Shown here: piece by piece, positions 7,340 to 17,302 of the stretch
Numbering within the stretch: position 1 is the first letter of the stretch
Layout of the letters: each line of letters begins with the position of its first letter
Source: a virus
Taxonomy: Duplodnaviria > Caudoviricetes
IMG/VR virus record: IMGVR_UViG_3300040810_000410
Span: 1-63,081 of that record
Length of the DNA stretch: 63,081 nucleotides
Direction: 5' to 3' (one strand)
The notes under the pieces: model-generated
What the model saw: the letters and a program-made list of their open reading frames with translations, nothing else
Databases searched by the model: none
Told to the model about the DNA's origin: nothing
Program-made: the position numbers and the translations under genes

Positions 7340-9430
7340 ATGGCTGACAATTTATTAGGTCCTTCGAAACAGAAGGAAGAGATTGAAATTATACAAGACA
7401 GTACAAAGGTAGTACCTCCAGAAGAAATGATGAAGGAACACCAAATGTCTTCACTAGCTGCTCGTATCACTCAAGCAATGACTGAAGCAGATACAGCTAG
7501 ATATACCGTTGAACAACAATGGATTAAGAACATTAAAGCATTCCGTGCACTAGATAGTACAGCATCAGGTCGTAATGGAGACGCAGGTCAATTCCGTCAA
7601 TCAGAGGAATTCAAACCTTACATCCGTACAACCACAGTTAAAACTAAAGCTGCTTACTCTCAAATCATGGAAGCATTACTACAGAACTCACGATTCCCAT
7701 TACTATTTGAACCAACACCTAAACCAGAAGGTGTACCTGAATGGGCTACTAATGACCCTAATGCTGCAGGTCCTGAGTCACAACAAGACTTTGGTATTGG
7801 TTATGAAGGCGATGGTCGTACATTAGGTGCTGGTGCTACCGAAGGTAACCTTACGTGGAAGGAAGATGATAACCTTTATGGTAACCTACAGGAAGGTCGT
7901 GATAAATCTGGTGGTCAATTCGGTCAGTTAAGCCCTGCACAACGAGCGGCTGAACAAATGACTAAGATTGTATTAGATCAGATTGAAGAATCAAATGGTT
8001 TAACAGAGTTACGTCAATCAGTATTTGAAGCATGTCTATTAGGTACTGGTATCATGAAAGGTGTATTCTCTGAAGAAAAGATTATTCATAAGTGGGAAGA
8101 AGGCCAGTACATGCCTGAGAAACGTAAGTTCCCTAAGTTATGCATGGTAAGCGATTGGGACCTTTACATTGATCCTAACGCTATGACTATTGAAGAAGCT
8201 GAATGGGTTATCGAAAGACACCGTATGACAGCTAAGCAACTGAGAGAACTTAAAGGGCGTGCTTTCTTTAGAGCTGAAGAGATCGATGAGTTAACTCGTG
8301 CTGGTCAAGGTAACTATGTACCTAAGAGCTGGGAGCATATCGTTCGTGAATCAGACACTACAGTTAACAATAGTAGACTATGGGAAGTATTTGAATACTG
8401 GGGCTACATCAGCATTCAGGAAGCTATCGAACTAGGGTTACCTCTAGATCAAGTACATAGTGATCAAGTGCATGTGAACGCTTGGATGTCAGGTGGTCGA
8501 ATCATTCGTATCATGGTGAATCCTTTGTTACCACAACGTATCCCTTACTTTGTATTCTGCTATGAAGAGAATCCTTATAGTATCTATGGTGTAGGTGTTC
8601 CTGAGACAATGGAAGACTCACAGAAGATGATTAATGGTTTCACTCGTTTAGCAGTAGATAACCTAGCGTTGTCGAGTAACTTAGTCTTCGAGGTTGATGA
8701 ATCCGTGCTTGTCGCTGGACAGGACATGGAGATATACCCAGGAAAAGTCTTTAGAAAACAAGGCGGTCAAGCTGGTGCTGGTATCAATAGTATAAAGTTC
8801 CAGAACACAGCAAATGAAAGCATGATGATGTTCCGAGAGTTTCGTCAGATAGCAGATGAATCCACAGGTATCCCTTCAGTATCACATGGTCAAACAGGTG
8901 TTACTGGTGTAGGTAGAACCTCAAGTGGTCTAAATATGATTCTGGAGAATGCGAGCCTGAACGTCAAGACTGTTATTCGAAACATAGATGACGATCTATT
9001 GAATCCTCTAGGTCAGATGTTGTTCTTCTGGAACAATCAATTTAACTACGAGAATTTACCTAAGGGTGACTACAACATTGTTGCTACAGGTATTAGATCT
9101 TACACGAAACAAGAAGTCAAAGTACAACGCTTACAAACATTACTTGGTCTTACTCAGAATCCTGCGTTGGCTCCAATGGTTAAACTTCCGTACATCATTA
9201 GAGAACTAGTGAAAGGTATGGACATGGATCCAGATGCAGTCATCAACGATATGGCTGAAGCTAAGATTTACGCTGAGATCATCGGTATGGCTGGAGGCGT
9301 AGGTGGTGGAGCCGCTCCTGTTGAAGGTAATGAAGGCCCAGCAGGTACATCAGGTAACACTAGTAACTTTGAATCCAGTGGTAATCAGGAGGGAATAAAT
9401 GGAGCAGATGCGACCAACGCAATTGCTTAG
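7340..9430 (+). CDS. Portal (head-tail connector) protein
   Basis: 696 aa, follows terL; podovirus portal-like segments LLGTGIMK, LYIDPNA and YGVGVPE. Confidence 0.9.
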   Translation: MADNLLGPSKQKEEIEIIQDSTKVVPPEEMMKEHQMSSLAARITQAMTEADTARYTVEQQWIKNIKAFRALDSTASGRNGDAGQFRQSEEFKPYIRTTTVKTKAAYSQIMEALLQNSRFPLLFEPTPKPEGVPEWATNDPNAAGPESQQDFGIGYEGDGRTLGAGATEGNLTWKEDDNLYGNLQEGRDKSGGQFGQLSPAQRAAEQMTKIVLDQIEESNGLTELRQSVFEACLLGTGIMKGVFSEEKIIHKWEEGQYMPEKRKFPKLCMVSDWDLYIDPNAMTIEEAEWVIERHRMTAKQLRELKGRAFFRAEEIDELTRAGQGNYVPKSWEHIVRESDTTVNNSRLWEVFEYWGYISIQEAIELGLPLDQVHSDQVHVNAWMSGGRIIRIMVNPLLPQRIPYFVFCYEENPYSIYGVGVPETMEDSQKMINGFTRLAVDNLALSSNLVFEVDESVLVAGQDMEIYPGKVFRKQGGQAGAGINSIKFQNTANESMMMFREFRQIADESTGIPSVSHGQTGVTGVGRTSSGLNMILENASLNVKTVIRNIDDDLLNPLGQMLFFWNNQFNYENLPKGDYNIVATGIRSYTKQEVKVQRLQTLLGLTQNPALAPMVKLPYIIRELVKGMDMDPDAVINDMAEAKIYAEIIGMAGGVGGGAAPVEGNEGPAGTSGNTSNFESSGNQEGINGADATNAIA

Positions 9431-9620
9431 ACCTTTGTTAACTAATCAACACTGGGACAAAATGGAAGAATACTTGGCGGGTGAAAAATCCCGTCTTGTT
9501 ATTCAACTTTGCAATTGTAAAGAAGAAGAACTTAAGTTAATCCAAGGACAAATAAAGCAAATTGATAAGCTATTAAACCTTAGGGATAACTTAAAAGCGG
9601 AAGAGAGAAGCAAACGCTAA
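9399..9620 (+). CDS. Small protein between portal and scaffold
   Basis: 73 aa helical protein with IQGQI motif; position typical of this head module. Confidence 0.7.
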   Translation: MEQMRPTQLLRPLLTNQHWDKMEEYLAGEKSRLVIQLCNCKEEELKLIQGQIKQIDKLLNLRDNLKAEERSKR

Positions 9621-9707
9621 CCTCTCGATTTAACTATTAAACTAGAACTCTAGATAGCAAGATTCCTTTAGGATACCTCAGCTATTAGACCTAGAAGGAG
9701 AAATTTT

Positions 9708-10529
9708 ATGCCACAATCACATACACGCAGTTTACTGGGTGACCATCAGGAAAATCATAACACTCAAGAGTCTATGGTTAACCAAGGTCATAATGCAATG
9801 AATCAAGACCCCAATGCGCAAGGAGGTCCAGATACTCAAGCGTCAGTAACACCAGAGCATAACTGGGAGAAGCGTTATAAAGACTTACAATCATGGTCAT
9901 CTAAGCAATTACGCGAGAAAGACGATCGGATTAAAGTTCTAGAACAGCAAGGTGTTCCTAAGATTCAGGTGCCTAAAACACAAGAAGAGCTTGAGGCCTT
10001 CAAAGCACAGAATCCAGAGACATTCGCTGTAATCCAATCCATGGCAGCTAACTTATTCCAGCAACAAATGGGAGCGTATGATCAGAAGATCGCAGAGATG
10101 CAAGGTACGTTATCACAAACTACTGCTGAAAGAGCTATGCTACGTTTGAAAGAAGTACACCCTGACTATGAACAAATCATGAATACTGATGAGTTCCATC
10201 ACTGGGCACGTATGCAGTCAGACGAAATCCAAGGTTGGGTCTATAATAACCCTGACAATGCTGAAAAAGCAATACAAGCACTGTCTTTGTTCAAGTACAA
10301 TAGTGGTTGGGGTAAAACGGATTCACAAGAACAACCAGCGCAATCAGGTGCAGACTTAGCGGTAACAACTACTAACGCAGTCGTAGAGCCTGGGGCTGTT
10401 GATAGAAATCATCCTGCGTACCAATGGAAAGAATCGGAAATCGGTTCGTTAAAACCAGCGGAGTTTGAAAAGTGGGAAGAACATATCACACTAGCTCATC
10501 GTGAAGGTCGTATCTTGTTCGGTCAATAG
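9708..10529 (+). CDS. Capsid scaffolding protein
   Basis: WEKRYKDLQ coiled coil, HPDY motif, C-terminal AHREGRI; directly before the capsid gene. Confidence 0.8.
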   Translation: MPQSHTRSLLGDHQENHNTQESMVNQGHNAMNQDPNAQGGPDTQASVTPEHNWEKRYKDLQSWSSKQLREKDDRIKVLEQQGVPKIQVPKTQEELEAFKAQNPETFAVIQSMAANLFQQQMGAYDQKIAEMQGTLSQTTAERAMLRLKEVHPDYEQIMNTDEFHHWARMQSDEIQGWVYNNPDNAEKAIQALSLFKYNSGWGKTDSQEQPAQSGADLAVTTTNAVVEPGAVDRNHPAYQWKESEIGSLKPAEFEKWEEHITLAHREGRILFGQ

Positions 10530-10560
10530 TAACTAAATAAATTAATAAACGAGGTATTTT

Positions 10561-11529
10561 ATGTCATATTTTAACGGTGCCAGTACTACTAACTTTGGTG
10601 GCAACAGCCCTACAGGTAACTTCAGTCCTACTATCTACTCACAGAAGGTTCTTAAGTTCCTACGTACAACTTCTGTAGTTGAAGCTGTAACAAACAGTGA
10701 TTACTACGGTGAGTTGGGTTCTTACGGTGATACAGTAAATATTATCTTAGAACCAACAATCACAGTTAACGCTTATACTCGTGGTGCAACAGTCACTTCA
10801 GAAGCGTTAGCGGATAACGAAATTACTCTTGAGATCTCACAAGCGAACACTTTCCAGTTCCAAGTTGATGACATCGAGAAGAAATTATCTCACGTCGAGT
10901 GGGAATCATTAGCAACTGGTTCTGCTACATACGCTGTTAAGAATGCTTATGACCGTGAGGTTCTAACGTTCATGGCTAACGGTGCTATTGCTAACCATTA
11001 CTTAGCGGACAATGCTACTGCTGATGGTACAATTGATCAAGTGGCTGACGCTGCTACAGCAATCGCTGCTCCAGTAACCTTAGGTCACGGCACGGGTGCT
11101 GAAGTTGATCCATTGAACTTACTATCGAAACTAGCGTTAGTGCTAGATGAAGCAGAGGTTCCAGAGGAAGGTCGTTACGTTATCGTATCACCACGCTTTA
11201 TGGAATTACTTGCTCGTACAGACAGTAAGTTACTTTCAACTGACTACAACCAAGGTGAAGGTGGTCTGAAGAATGGCTTGGTAATGAAAGGTAAGCTACG
11301 TGGCTTCTCTATCTACAAGACAAACAACACTCCACAGCACACTGGTGGTACAGGTGATTTAATCATCGCTGGTCATATGTCTGCGGTAGCAACGGTTCAA
11401 TCAATCGATAAGGTTGAGACAATTCGTTCTGAATCAACATTTGCTGACATCGTTCGTGGTTTACACGTGTACGGTCGTGGCATTGTACGTTCGAACTGTT
11501 TAGCAGTTGCAGCGGTACTATACGCTTAA
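10561..11529 (+). CDS. Major capsid protein
   Basis: 322 aa; GNFSPTIYSQKV...NSDYYGEL...GDTVNII and FADIVRGLHVYG, typical of marine podovirus HK97-fold capsids; followed by a terminator. Confidence 0.9.
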   Translation: MSYFNGASTTNFGGNSPTGNFSPTIYSQKVLKFLRTTSVVEAVTNSDYYGELGSYGDTVNIILEPTITVNAYTRGATVTSEALADNEITLEISQANTFQFQVDDIEKKLSHVEWESLATGSATYAVKNAYDREVLTFMANGAIANHYLADNATADGTIDQVADAATAIAAPVTLGHGTGAEVDPLNLLSKLALVLDEAEVPEEGRYVIVSPRFMELLARTDSKLLSTDYNQGEGGLKNGLVMKGKLRGFSIYKTNNTPQHTGGTGDLIIAGHMSAVATVQSIDKVETIRSESTFADIVRGLHVYGRGIVRSNCLAVAAVLYA

Positions 11530-11548
11530 TCATAACGATTAATATCCC

Positions 11549-11581
11549 AAGGGATCCGAGGTAATCTTGGGTCCCTTTTTT
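11549..11581 (+). terminator. Terminator after the capsid gene
   Basis: AAGGGATCCGAG...CTTGGGTCCCTT stem followed by a T-run. Confidence 0.85.
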
Positions 11582-11600
11582 ATTACCTAAGGAGCAGTGA

Positions 11601-12335
11601 ATGTACACATTTCTAGAAGTGGTCAACTTAGCTTTACGTGAAGTTAATGAGATCCCAATGACAGAACAACAACTAGCTAATGCAAGGGGTCTTCAACAGT
11701 TTGCTAAAGAAGCAACGAATAGAGCCTTCTTTGATATTAGTAATGAAAGTACTAAATGGTCTTGGCTTCAGTTAGCACGAGACACTCCTGTAGAGGAAGA
11801 GATTCGTAAGTTATCTGATGGTCAACAATGGTACGACACAGAGACTTTAACTAATGGTGTCCGTCAGGAACCTGATTGGCAGTCTTTCCTTATTACAGAC
11901 AAAGATGTAACTTCCACAGATCCTAATGTAACCTCTCAGCCAGCTACACTTGTAAGGAATTTACCTGTGATGACTTATGACCAATGGATTGCTAACTTCA
12001 GAGTTAAAGACTTTGATGGTGCTAATAAAGGTACTCCTCAGTATGTCATTAAGTATTCAGACGGTAAGTACGGCTTTACTCCTGTACCTGATGGAAACTA
12101 TTGGGTTACCTATAACGTACGTAGTTCTGCTACAAGATTTCGTTTGGGTACCGAGGTAGTTCCTATCCCTGAGGAATTCATTACGGTTCTTGTTAGTCGT
12201 ATTAAATATTACCTATGGTTATTCAGAGAGAATGACATGCAAGCTAACTTCTCCCTTGGTGAATATAGGGAAGGCTTAGTTAACATGAAGAGATCACTAT
12301 TGAGTAACAAGGAAGAACGTATGAGGGCAGTATAA
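11601..12335 (+). CDS. Tail tubular protein A / head-tail adaptor
   Basis: 244 aa; TFLEVVNLALREVNE start and FTPVPD; position after the capsid gene. Confidence 0.75.
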   Translation: MYTFLEVVNLALREVNEIPMTEQQLANARGLQQFAKEATNRAFFDISNESTKWSWLQLARDTPVEEEIRKLSDGQQWYDTETLTNGVRQEPDWQSFLITDKDVTSTDPNVTSQPATLVRNLPVMTYDQWIANFRVKDFDGANKGTPQYVIKYSDGKYGFTPVPDGNYWVTYNVRSSATRFRLGTEVVPIPEEFITVLVSRIKYYLWLFRENDMQANFSLGEYREGLVNMKRSLLSNKEERMRAV

Positions 12336-13942
12336 TGGCTGGTAAGATGCAACAGATATCTATCCCTTGTCGAGGTGGGTTAAACCTTAGTAGCAACAAC
12401 CATGAGCTACTAGGGAAGCCTGGGGAAGCCATTGATTTGGTTAACTTCGAGGTAAGTAAAGAGGGAGGCTACAGACGTATTAACGGTTATGAAGCCTTAA
12501 GTACAGCCGAGGTAACTGGAGCAGGTAACGTAGTCGGTGTTGTGAATTACCAAGGTTTAATTGCGTGTCGTGGAGATAACGTATATCATTCTAGTGATAA
12601 CGCAACGTGGACACAGGTTAACACAGCAGCTCGTTCAGGTAACACTCGTTACATGTTTGCTAGACATTATTATGCTTCTAAAGAATACATCTACATGACT
12701 GACGGTGTGAATGCCCCAGCAGTATTCTCTATAGATGACCAGAGTGTCTCTAGGTTTGCTGAACTAGGAGATGACTCAGGTACAGGTAATGCTTTACTTG
12801 GTGCTAAGTACTGTACCTTCTATAAAGACCAATTGATCCTAGGTGGTATGACAGATCATCCTACTAGTATCTTCTATAGTTCACTAGCGGCTACCGACTT
12901 GAATAGCCCTGAGGATGATGATAAAGAAACACCACAAGAGAACTTCAATGGTGCTACCGCAGGTTCCCTTGACTTTGGTGATATAGTCACAGGTATCAAG
13001 AGTCATCGTGAGACTCTCTATGTATTCTGTAGGACTTCTATCTTTAAAGTTGTAGGTATTGAATCAGGTCAACTACAGTCTACTCCAGTTACTAGGGATA
13101 TTGGGTGTGTTGATGGTTTCAGTATTCAAGAGATCGGTGGTGACTTGGTGTTCTTAGCACCTGATGGTTTACGTACGATTGCTAAGACTGAACGACTTGA
13201 AGATATTGAGATGGGTACCATTAGTCGTAAGATATCTCCTTTGATATCCCCTCGTGTTCGGGATGTAGAACGTTATTGGTTTGTTTCTACTGTAATCCGT
13301 GAGAAGAATCAATATAGGTTATGGTTCATAGATCCTTTGAATACTGTAGCTGCTCAACGTGGTATAACAGCAACGTTCTCCTTCATTGATGATCAACAAG
13401 GTTTCGAATGGGCTTTCAGTGAACTGGTTGGCTATGGTGTACTCTCGGTGGACAATGGTTATCACGAAGGTAAGGAAAGAATTATCCATGGTAGTCAAGA
13501 GTCAGGACACGTGTATGTACAAGAAGTAGGTAATACCTTTGCAGGTGAGTCTATTGATTACACATGTCAATTAGCCTTTAGTGACTATGGTGACATAAGT
13601 CAACGTAAGTGTGTTCACAAAGCTATACTAAGTTCTCGTGCTGAGGGTAACGTAGAAGCAGGTCTAGAGGTGAGATATGATTATAACCATAGGGATGTCT
13701 TCCAGCCAGCTGTATATCCTCTGGAACGAATGACGTTACCAGCGATCTTCGGTAAACCAGATTCAACCTTTGGTGATCCTATTGTATTCTTCGGGGCTAC
13801 TAATTTTGGTGATACAGAACTATACACGGAAGGTTCAGGTTTCGTAGTGTCCCTACGTATCCGTCCTTTGAAAACAATACAAGATGCTCCGTTTGATTTA
13901 CAGAGCTTCCAGATCGATTTAACCGCAGGAGGTAAGATCTAA
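12335..13942 (+). CDS. Tail tubular protein B / nozzle (beta-propeller)
   Basis: 535 aa; GGYRRINGY, IGCVDGFSIQEIGGDLVFLAPDGLR. Confidence 0.8.
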   Translation: MAGKMQQISIPCRGGLNLSSNNHELLGKPGEAIDLVNFEVSKEGGYRRINGYEALSTAEVTGAGNVVGVVNYQGLIACRGDNVYHSSDNATWTQVNTAARSGNTRYMFARHYYASKEYIYMTDGVNAPAVFSIDDQSVSRFAELGDDSGTGNALLGAKYCTFYKDQLILGGMTDHPTSIFYSSLAATDLNSPEDDDKETPQENFNGATAGSLDFGDIVTGIKSHRETLYVFCRTSIFKVVGIESGQLQSTPVTRDIGCVDGFSIQEIGGDLVFLAPDGLRTIAKTERLEDIEMGTISRKISPLISPRVRDVERYWFVSTVIREKNQYRLWFIDPLNTVAAQRGITATFSFIDDQQGFEWAFSELVGYGVLSVDNGYHEGKERIIHGSQESGHVYVQEVGNTFAGESIDYTCQLAFSDYGDISQRKCVHKAILSSRAEGNVEAGLEVRYDYNHRDVFQPAVYPLERMTLPAIFGKPDSTFGDPIVFFGATNFGDTELYTEGSGFVVSLRIRPLKTIQDAPFDLQSFQIDLTAGGKI

Positions 13943-14691
13943 TGACTGAAGTTTACATTCGTCAATCCAATTTTTCTAATGGTGATGTTATAGATGCTCC
14001 TCTGTTTAACGCAGAGTATGATCAACTAGCAGCTGTTTTCAGGGCAGCTGATGGGCATAACCATGATGGTACTGAGGGTGGTGGCGCAGCAATCCCTTTC
14101 ATTTCTGATGGAGCTGTTGATGCTACTGGTGTCTTTACCAACGTAACAGATCCCAACAACAAGGTACTAGAGTTCCGAGTGAACGGTGTGTTAGTAAGGT
14201 CTTTCTCTCAGACTGATGGAGATTCCTTGGCTGACTCACAGTTCCTTACGCATACACCAGACGGTGGTGTGCAGCAACCTCTTAATACTTACTTAGATAG
14301 TCTAGAGGTAGCCGTAGGTGATGCTGCTATTGATGTACAAAGAGCTGAGACTGCTGCTAATGAAGCACAAGCGGCTGCCATGATTGTAGGGGTTCCTATT
14401 GTAGTACAAGATGGTGATTCTTACACGATCCCTGAGGATACTGTAGTAGCTGATATTATCTCCCTAGGTAATACAACTATTAACCTACCAACTGCTTTAG
14501 GTACAGGTAGACGCTTTAGTATTCGTCAGAGCGCTACGGCTGCTGAGGGAGTTAAGTGTACTATCATGAACCCTAATTTTACTATCGTTGGTGATATACT
14601 AACATTGGCTGCAGGTGATAATCTAGAGTTATTACCTAAGGATCTAGTGGTAATGGATACAATCAACGCAACTACATTGGAGATTATATAG
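13942..14691 (+). CDS. Tail fibre / fibre adaptor
   Basis: N-terminal GDVIDAPLFNAEYDQL...GHNHDG anchor-like segment; follows the nozzle gene. Confidence 0.65.
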   Translation: MTEVYIRQSNFSNGDVIDAPLFNAEYDQLAAVFRAADGHNHDGTEGGGAAIPFISDGAVDATGVFTNVTDPNNKVLEFRVNGVLVRSFSQTDGDSLADSQFLTHTPDGGVQQPLNTYLDSLEVAVGDAAIDVQRAETAANEAQAAAMIVGVPIVVQDGDSYTIPEDTVVADIISLGNTTINLPTALGTGRRFSIRQSATAAEGVKCTIMNPNFTIVGDILTLAAGDNLELLPKDLVVMDTINATTLEII

Positions 14692-16599
14692 ATGCCTAAT
14701 TATACTTTAAGTACAGTCGAGGGTGGAAGCGCTACGCAGCTACGAGCTATTACTGTACCAAATACACATGGAACTGCTGGTAAGGTAGGTGATCCGATTT
14801 ACGTTGATCCTATCTCTGGTAACTTCCTAGATTACGATCGAAACCTTAAACCAACTTATTTGATAGACAAAGCTCACACTAGTTTCGAGTGGGGCGGTCA
14901 GACTTACCGAGGACACGCCACGATTCCTCGTGGTAATAAGTTATATGGTTTCAATATGTTATTTACTACGTCAAATACCACAAACCAAATACGCTTTGCT
15001 CAGTATGTAATGCACGAAGATAAGACTATGGAGTATGTTGACCTAGTTACTCGTACAGCTGGTGTTACTACATCACCTACTAACTTCCAATTGAACTCTC
15101 CGTTCAAGATAGATGATGATACATGGGTAGCTGTATTGTCTTCTAGTACCTCAGTACGTCTTGACTTAGTATGGTTTACTTGGGACGAAGGTAACCAACG
15201 TTTTACCGCTACGATTACTATAGGTACTATCCACGATATTCTTACTAACACTAATAAAATGAATGCCAGTTTCCTTAAGGCTCATGATGGTACTGTATTT
15301 CTTGTAGGTCAGTCATCTGCTAATAATCCTCAGTTTGTGCGTCTGGACACGGGAACGCAAGGCTTCGTTAGTGTTAGCACTCCTTTGCAAGGAACAGCAG
15401 AGACTCCTCTACTTGATTATGCTCAAGCAACATCTAATGTAACACGCATGCAAACATCAGATGGTAAATTGCTGGTACCTCTAAGTGATAGGTTAAACTA
15501 TGAGTTACTTGGTTGGGATGGTACTGTATGGGCTACTGAAGCTTTAACTATTACACATAGTACAGCAGCAACAGCAGCTACCTCGGGTAGACTTATTGTT
15601 CCCTTAGGGACAGACAAGTGGGTTTCGTTTTACGTTAATGTAACAACAGGTGTATCCGAGTGTGTATTCTTGACGTATGATCCAGCGACTACTGAGTTAA
15701 CTACAGCGTACTACAGAGAAACAGGCGTTTTAACTACTGATATTACCTTTAACTCTTCTTCACGTGCGTTTGCCTTAGGTAACAATGAGTTCATATTCCA
15801 GTCTGCTTCTAACTTTGGGGACTTCGTACACGTCACTTTTGAAGAGGGTACATATGTTACTGCTGATCGCTTTAAGGTTTATATAGGTAACTCACAGAAC
15901 CAAGGTACCATGGGTTTCCACCACCAGTACGATGAAGCTAACAAAGAAGTTATCTTTACTACTAAAGGTATTGGTGAGCCTGCTCAAACTCAGGCGGCTG
16001 TTGTAGGTATCTTTAGATTCCAAATAGGTAAGCTCTTAGAAAATCGTGCTCCTATCTTGGTAGGTTACTTAGCTGAAGACGCAGGTGCTAACTATAAGAT
16101 CAACGTAACGGAACCTGTGTATAACACGAGTAGTGCTGTAGTTGGTCAACGTTATAATAAGTATGACGTAGGTATTGATTCTACCATGATACTTAAGCAC
16201 AAAGGTAATATCTCAGCTAGAGATAAATGTATCAGTCGTATTGATTCTAGGTTAGGTACAAACACCTTAGTTCAGCAAGGCATATCAAGTGTTAACTTAG
16301 TAGTTACTAATGATAGAATTGTGGTAGTGGAATCTGAGGCAGCCTTAGGTAAAACAGATAAATGGTTTGTGGGTGCTACAGGTACTAATTCTACGTCTAA
16401 CTCATTCTTTGGTGGTCTTGTGCAAATTGATGGTTTACCTTATGGTCACTTTGAAACAGAGGCAAGTCTGCAATCTGGTCAGTCCGCTTTCACGTGGGAA
16501 ATCTTTGGTACTGAGGTATTTAATTTCCAAGCTACCATACATAGAGATGCTATTAATACACACGTCTACATTAAACAAGGAGATTCTTTAAATGTTTAG
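14692..16599 (+). CDS. Putative receptor-binding tail protein
   Basis: 635 aa, Thr/Ser-rich beta composition, in the tail module. Confidence 0.55.
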   Translation: MPNYTLSTVEGGSATQLRAITVPNTHGTAGKVGDPIYVDPISGNFLDYDRNLKPTYLIDKAHTSFEWGGQTYRGHATIPRGNKLYGFNMLFTTSNTTNQIRFAQYVMHEDKTMEYVDLVTRTAGVTTSPTNFQLNSPFKIDDDTWVAVLSSSTSVRLDLVWFTWDEGNQRFTATITIGTIHDILTNTNKMNASFLKAHDGTVFLVGQSSANNPQFVRLDTGTQGFVSVSTPLQGTAETPLLDYAQATSNVTRMQTSDGKLLVPLSDRLNYELLGWDGTVWATEALTITHSTAATAATSGRLIVPLGTDKWVSFYVNVTTGVSECVFLTYDPATTELTTAYYRETGVLTTDITFNSSSRAFALGNNEFIFQSASNFGDFVHVTFEEGTYVTADRFKVYIGNSQNQGTMGFHHQYDEANKEVIFTTKGIGEPAQTQAAVVGIFRFQIGKLLENRAPILVGYLAEDAGANYKINVTEPVYNTSSAVVGQRYNKYDVGIDSTMILKHKGNISARDKCISRIDSRLGTNTLVQQGISSVNLVVTNDRIVVVESEAALGKTDKWFVGATGTNSTSNSFFGGLVQIDGLPYGHFETEASLQSGQSAFTWEIFGTEVFNFQATIHRDAINTHVYIKQGDSLNV

Positions 16600-16990
16600 A
16601 TCTAATGTACCCTTCGTAACTATAGATCCTACGATTGTTAAGATTGTAGTTACGTCAGCTAAAATCGATGGGGTAGAGCAGACGGATGATTATCGTCTCG
16701 TTATTCCAAAAGGAGGTGTCACTGAGTTAACTTTTGAACTCCATGATACCAATGGTAACAAACTTCCAGTTACTGATAACTTCGCTGTCCCTATTGGCAT
16801 TCTTAATGGTGCTGTAGCTGACACCTTACTATTATCCTTCGTGGATGGTGTAGGTTCACTAACGGAAACGTGGAATACTTCAGGTGAGTTTGTAATTACC
16901 AAGGAACTCTTGAATACATACATTGATAACACTCAAGTCATGTATGATTTCAGAGGTATGGTGTTCAGCGTATATCGTGTTGGAGCCTAA
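16592..16990 (+). CDS. Hypothetical tail-associated protein
   Basis: 132 aa, overlaps the upstream stop; beta-rich. Confidence 0.6.
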   Translation: MFRSNVPFVTIDPTIVKIVVTSAKIDGVEQTDDYRLVIPKGGVTELTFELHDTNGNKLPVTDNFAVPIGILNGAVADTLLLSFVDGVGSLTETWNTSGEFVITKELLNTYIDNTQVMYDFRGMVFSVYRVGA

Positions 16991-16995
16991 ACTGT

Positions 16996-17019
16996 GGGAG
17001 CCTAAGTGCTCCCTTTGTT
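16996..17019 (+). terminator. Terminator
   Basis: GGGAGC-CTAAGT-GCTCCC-TTTGTT; near-identical to the minus-strand hairpin at 49365-49393. Confidence 0.7.
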
Positions 17020-17035
17020 ACGTTAGAGGTAAATA

Positions 17036-17302
17036 ATGTTTGATAAGTTTAAAGCTTACTTTTGGAAAAACTTAGTTGCTGTAGATCAGTTAGCTAATAC
17101 TATCCTCGGAGGTAGTCCCGATGAAACCATAAGTTCTCGCTTGGGAAAAGGGGAACGACGGGGTTGTAAAGTGTGTTGGTTCTTTTGTCGTATACTTGAT
17201 ATATTCGAGAAAGACCACTGTGCACTGAGCATAGAGGAAGACGAAAGTGAAAATACATGGGGAGGCTCAAGTGGCAGAAGCAACAATTCAAAAAACCGAT
17301 AG
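17036..17302 (+). CDS. Conserved small phage protein
   Basis: DQLANTILGGSPDETISSRLGK...CRILD...DHC pattern seen in many phages; GAGG RBS. Confidence 0.7.
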   Translation: MFDKFKAYFWKNLVAVDQLANTILGGSPDETISSRLGKGERRGCKVCWFFCRILDIFEKDHCALSIEEDESENTWGGSSGRSNNSKNR